Part shown: positions 24,351 to 25,369 of the stretch, piece after piece
Layout of the letters: every line of letters begins with the position of its first letter
How positions within the stretch are numbered: the stretch's first letter is position 1
Assembly (NCBI GenBank): GCA_937942935.1
Contig: CALDGT010000155.1
Coordinates: 1 to 25,369 of the forward strand
Direction: 5' to 3'
DNA: 25,369 nt
From: an uncultured Chloroflexota bacterium
GTDB lineage: Bacteria; Chloroflexota; Anaerolineae; Aggregatilineales; Phototrophicaceae
Program-made: the position numbers and the translations under genes
Notes under the pieces: model-generated
The model's database searches: none
What the model saw: the letters and a program-made list of their open reading frames with translations, nothing else
What the model was told of the DNA's origin: nothing

Positions 24351-25369
24351 CTCAAAAAGGAAAATCCCACCACACTATCGCGTAGGTTGGTGAGTGTGCG
24401 AATGTCTCCGTTTTGTGTTCGGTAGCGTAATTGTTGTGGTTGCGGATAATGAATAAATACCATGCCAGACCCATCGGGCAACCATTGGGGCGATTGCGAA
24501 TAAGGGCTAATCACTTCGGCGGGCAAGAACGAGGTCATATCCCATAATAGCAATTCAGAATAATAGGTATTGCCCATTTCATCATAGACACTATAACTCA
24601 CTTGTGTGCCATCGGGCGACCAAATAGGGATAGATTCCACATTCTGCGCTAATTCCATCACCACAGAGGCATCTGGGCGGGCTAAATAATACATATTGCC
24701 CTCACGAGATTCGATGGTGGTACTCATCATCACCCATTGGCTATCGGGCGACCATCCCACCCACGTCACATTATTAATCTTGGTGTCGGTGGTTTCGAGC
24801 AAGTGTAATTCGCCTGTGCCTAGATGCAAGGCATACGCACGCGGACGGCGCTCATTTGTGACCAATGCCAACCATTCCCCATTCGGCGATAGAACTGGGG
24901 TGATACTGGTCTCAAAATCATCTAAAATCACAGTGAATTCACCTGTCGAAAAATCATAACGTTCTAGCGTCTTTACACCACGCAACAAGACCGATTCACC
25001 ATCGGGATACCATGCGACAAAGGTGAATCGTCTGCCTTGTGGGGTGATGGTCATAAAATCTTCGCCATGCACACCCACAATATGTACACTGCCTTCATCA
25101 TTAATCCCCACTCGCATAAAATTGGGCGACCATTGATATGCTAAAATGAGACTTGGTTTGTTATAGAGGGTATAAACCAGCCCTGTCTCAAAATCGAGTG
25201 TATACATCCCGCCAATTGTGCCATCGAGTGGATTACTACGACATTGAAACAACACATGCCGATTATCTGCCAACCAACGCCACCCACTAGCAGAGCAATT
25301 GATATAGTCTAGGGGCAAATCCACCACGCGCCCAGTCGTAATTTCCCAAACCGAAAATGCCGCCTGATT
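24347..25369 (-). CDS. PD40/TolB-like beta-propeller protein, 5'-truncated by the window edge
   Basis: The frame stays open beyond the ORF-track start (25327) to the window end (NQAAFSVWEITTGRVVDLP, matching TTFSVWDIFTGRMVHL of the 20381 paralog). Seven blades are visible. Confidence 0.85.
   Translation of the reverse strand, partial: NQAAFSVWEITTGRVVDLPLDYINCSASGWRWLADNRHVLFQCRSNPLDGTIGGMYTLDFETGLVYTLYNKPSLILAYQWSPNFMRVGINDEGSVHIVGVHGEDFMTITPQGRRFTFVAWYPDGESVLLRGVKTLERYDFSTGEFTVILDDFETSITPVLSPNGEWLALVTNERRPRAYALHLGTGELHLLETTDTKINNVTWVGWSPDSQWVMMSTTIESREGNMYYLARPDASVVMELAQNVESIPIWSPDGTQVSYSVYDEMGNTYYSELLLWDMTSFLPAEVISPYSQSPQWLPDGSGMVFIHYPQPQQLRYRTQNGDIRTLTNLRDSVVGFSFLR

Noticed and set aside
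19740-25135. Recurrent GGCGACCA (TGGTCGCC) motif as a CRISPR-like or DNA-level repeat
   Set aside because: Spacing is irregular and the motif generally encodes the W-S-P blade motif, so it is a protein repeat plus codon bias.
19065-25369. True TolB, S9/DPP-IV peptidases, or lipoproteins
   Set aside because: There is no TolB N-terminal domain or tolQRA/pal context in the window, no alpha/beta-hydrolase GxSxG domain, and the TM cysteines (AVIC, MILC, GLFC) do not fit a lipobox.
19065-25369. Diversity-generating retroelement or invertible shufflon acting on the array
   Set aside because: No reverse transcriptase, recombinase, template/variable repeat pair or inverted crossover sites are visible in the window. 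One outside the window cannot be excluded.

Overview
The window is a 25.4 kb bacterial chromosomal segment. Its protein families suggest Chloroflexota/Anaerolineae (inference). From left to right it carries: the 5' end of a membrane-protein gene running off the left edge; asnS; a markedly low-GC lone gene for a TIR + WD40 + ConA/DUF1080-like protein; a plus-strand run (small hypothetical, SH3 protein, deoC, DPM1-like GT2, GT-C-like membrane protein, Ig-like/TM protein, HExxH metalloprotease); a minus-strand signalling cluster (NarL-type regulator, 7TM-PAS-GAF-GAF histidine kinase, three stand-alone receiver proteins); an NAD-dependent epimerase; and an array of at least five divergent membrane-anchored 8-blade beta-propeller paralogs joined by RTGA stop/start overlaps, continuing past the right edge. 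The best candidates for undescribed systems are the propeller array, the TIR fusion, and the kinase with three receivers and a lux-box-like palindrome upstream. A manual scan also found near-total avoidance of GATC, GGCC and CCWGG. No rRNA, tRNA, CRISPR array, transposase, integrase or reverse transcriptase was recognised. All family assignments come from motif recognition by eye, not database searches.
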